Assembly (NCBI GenBank): GCA_030141605.1
Contig: JAQGDQ010002393.1
Span: 1 to 64,000, forward strand
From: Tubiluchus corallicola
Taxonomy: Eukaryota; Animalia; Priapulida
Length of the DNA: 64,000 bases
Direction: 5' to 3'
Within the stretch, counting starts at the first letter, position 1; every line of letters starts with the position of its first letter. This document shows, piece by piece, positions 62,444 to 64,000 of this stretch. The translations under genes were made by a program, and so were the position numbers. The notes below the pieces were generated by a model. That model searched no databases, was not told the origin of the DNA, and worked only from the letters and a program-made list of their open reading frames with translations.

Positions 62444-63556
62444 TTAATAATTGTTTTGATTGAAATAGTCAAAAGCAGGTAGAGCTTCATTTCCATTTTT
62501 TGCCTCAAAAAAAGTTGCATTATCCCAATGAGAGCCTTTCCCCCACTGGGTTTGACGATTTGAAGTAATCCACGCAGCTTCCCAATAGATTATTCCTTCT
62601 GCTCCTCCTTGAATAGATAATTTTGTTAAATCAGTCATAAATTTCAATTGTCCTTCAGGAGTAGCTGGGTAGCCATTTATAAGTGCATCTGTACCAAGAA
62701 TATTTGCTGCACTATCTACATCTTCGAGTGTATGAGGATAAGCTGTTTCCACAACCATTACTCTTTTATTAAACTTTTCCCTCAAAGAGCTTATTGCAAA
62801 GGGAATACTATCCAAAACGTAATCCGACCATTTAGGATAATAAGATATCCCAATCCAATCAAATTCGCTAATACCATTTTTTGCAGCTTCTTCAAACCAC
62901 CATAAAGCATTTTCGGGTTGTGCTATATGTAGCATAGTTTGTACATCTTTCTTTACAATCTTAGATGCATTTTTCACAGCCTCTAACCCTTTGTTAATTA
63001 AATAACTATTCCTTTTCCAGTTAATTTTATCTAATATCATATTATCTTTCTGTTGCATTATTTCTATGTTGGTTTCATTACCCACTTGTACAAACTCTGG
63101 CAATAGCCCTTCTTTGGATAATTCTATTAGCGTATTCAAAGTGTATTGATAAATAGAATCTCCAAGAATGTTTAAGTCTGTTATGTCCTTCCACGCTTCA
63201 GGAACTATTTGTTTTTCTGGGTCGGCCCAAGTATCAGAATAATGAAAATTAAGTAGCACTTCCATATCATTATTTTTAGCTCTTTTAATGGTTTTTTTCA
63301 CATCTTCGTAATTGGAGTAATCTGTCCATAGAGGCGAATGCCACAACCTTACTCTGACAATGTTAGCCCTTCGTTCACTAAATAATTGAAAGGGGTCTAC
63401 CTCTTTCCCGTTAACTCTATAAATACCCCCATTATCTTCTATCTCATTTACATAAGATAAGTCAGCCCCAAGGTACATATGTTTCTTTTCTTCTGATTCG
63501 GAACAACCAAATAAAATAATAACTATAATGATATAAAATAGGTTAGCAGCGTTCAT
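62444..63556 (-). CDS. GH53 endo-beta-1,4-galactanase (lipoprotein)
   Basis: GADLSY, RVRLW, FHYSDTWADP, VQVGNE, ETAYP, YWE. Confidence 0.93.
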   Translation of the reverse strand: MNAANLFYIIIVIILFGCSESEEKKHMYLGADLSYVNEIEDNGGIYRVNGKEVDPFQLFSERRANIVRVRLWHSPLWTDYSNYEDVKKTIKRAKNNDMEVLLNFHYSDTWADPEKQIVPEAWKDITDLNILGDSIYQYTLNTLIELSKEGLLPEFVQVGNETNIEIMQQKDNMILDKINWKRNSYLINKGLEAVKNASKIVKKDVQTMLHIAQPENALWWFEEAAKNGISEFDWIGISYYPKWSDYVLDSIPFAISSLREKFNKRVMVVETAYPHTLEDVDSAANILGTDALINGYPATPEGQLKFMTDLTKLSIQGGAEGIIYWEAAWITSNRQTQWGKGSHWDNATFFEAKNGNEALPAFDYFNQNNY

Positions 63557-63751
63557 ATTATTTTTATTTTATAGTTTGAAAATAGACCAAATACATATTT
63601 TAAAGTATACAAATATAACATAACAGTAAAAAGAAAAAAATTTAACGATTTACAAAATATAAGTTGTTAAAACAATAAAATAATTATCTGAAATTTAATA
63701 TTAAATTAATTTTCATTACACTGTTCTTCCTATTAACTCTACATTATAATC

Positions 63752-63769
63752 TATGCAAACGTTTGCATA
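63752..63769. promoter_or_regulatory. LacI-family operator-like palindrome
   Basis: tatgcaaacgtttgcata, perfect 18-bp palindrome with central AAACGTTT. Confidence 0.6.
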
Positions 63770-63940
63770 AATCAAGAATACAAAAAAATGAGGTTGCTAA
63801 ACATTAGAATAGCAGCGACTTATATTTTTTTATGTAGCAGATTAATAAAAAAATTAATTTATATTTAGGCTAAGTTATTTATAATTGTACTTAAATTTTT
63901 GATTAATTTATATTATAGTCTCAAAACAATATTATAAAAG

Positions 63941-64000
63941 ATGAAAAAACGTTTTACTAAGCTGTCATTAATATTATTTTCATTAGTAATATTTATCAAT
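63941..64000 (+). CDS. Start of secreted protein (runs off window)
   Basis: MKKRFTKLSLILFSLVIFIN signal-peptide-like. Confidence 0.5.
   Translation, partial: MKKRFTKLSLILFSLVIFIN

Overview
Low-GC Bacteroidota (Bacteroidales/Marinilabiliales-like) chromosomal segment, judged from TAnnTTTG promoters, PorU, the Bat operon and a hybrid two-component system (HTCS). It is mostly housekeeping: nosL, polA, a phosphate-type porin, fumC, purH-mreB, ilvDBNC, porU, hisHA, murB, three tRNAs, hemB, moxR-batABCDE, rpsA-STAS-rnz-mazG, secDF, elbB, proA, dapA (cut by a 972-nt gap that is followed by a nanopore adapter remnant), lpoB, acpH, an HTCS and GH53. Main accessory observations: (1) a ~1.4-kb integrase-less cassette bounded by a 56-bp duplication of the polA 3' end, carrying a small HNH nuclease, two unknown proteins and a candidate structured ncRNA with its own promoter and terminator; (2) an HvfA/bufferin-like (CGEGK)n Cys-rich lipopeptide next to DoxX, with no MNIO maturase in the window; (3) two paralogous L-domain/LRR lipoprotein genes separated by a scar of inverted, allele-like rnz/mazG fragments; (4) a dispersed ~100-bp repeat whose hairpin cores are flipped relative to the element. 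All calls come from reading the sequence by eye; no database search was run.
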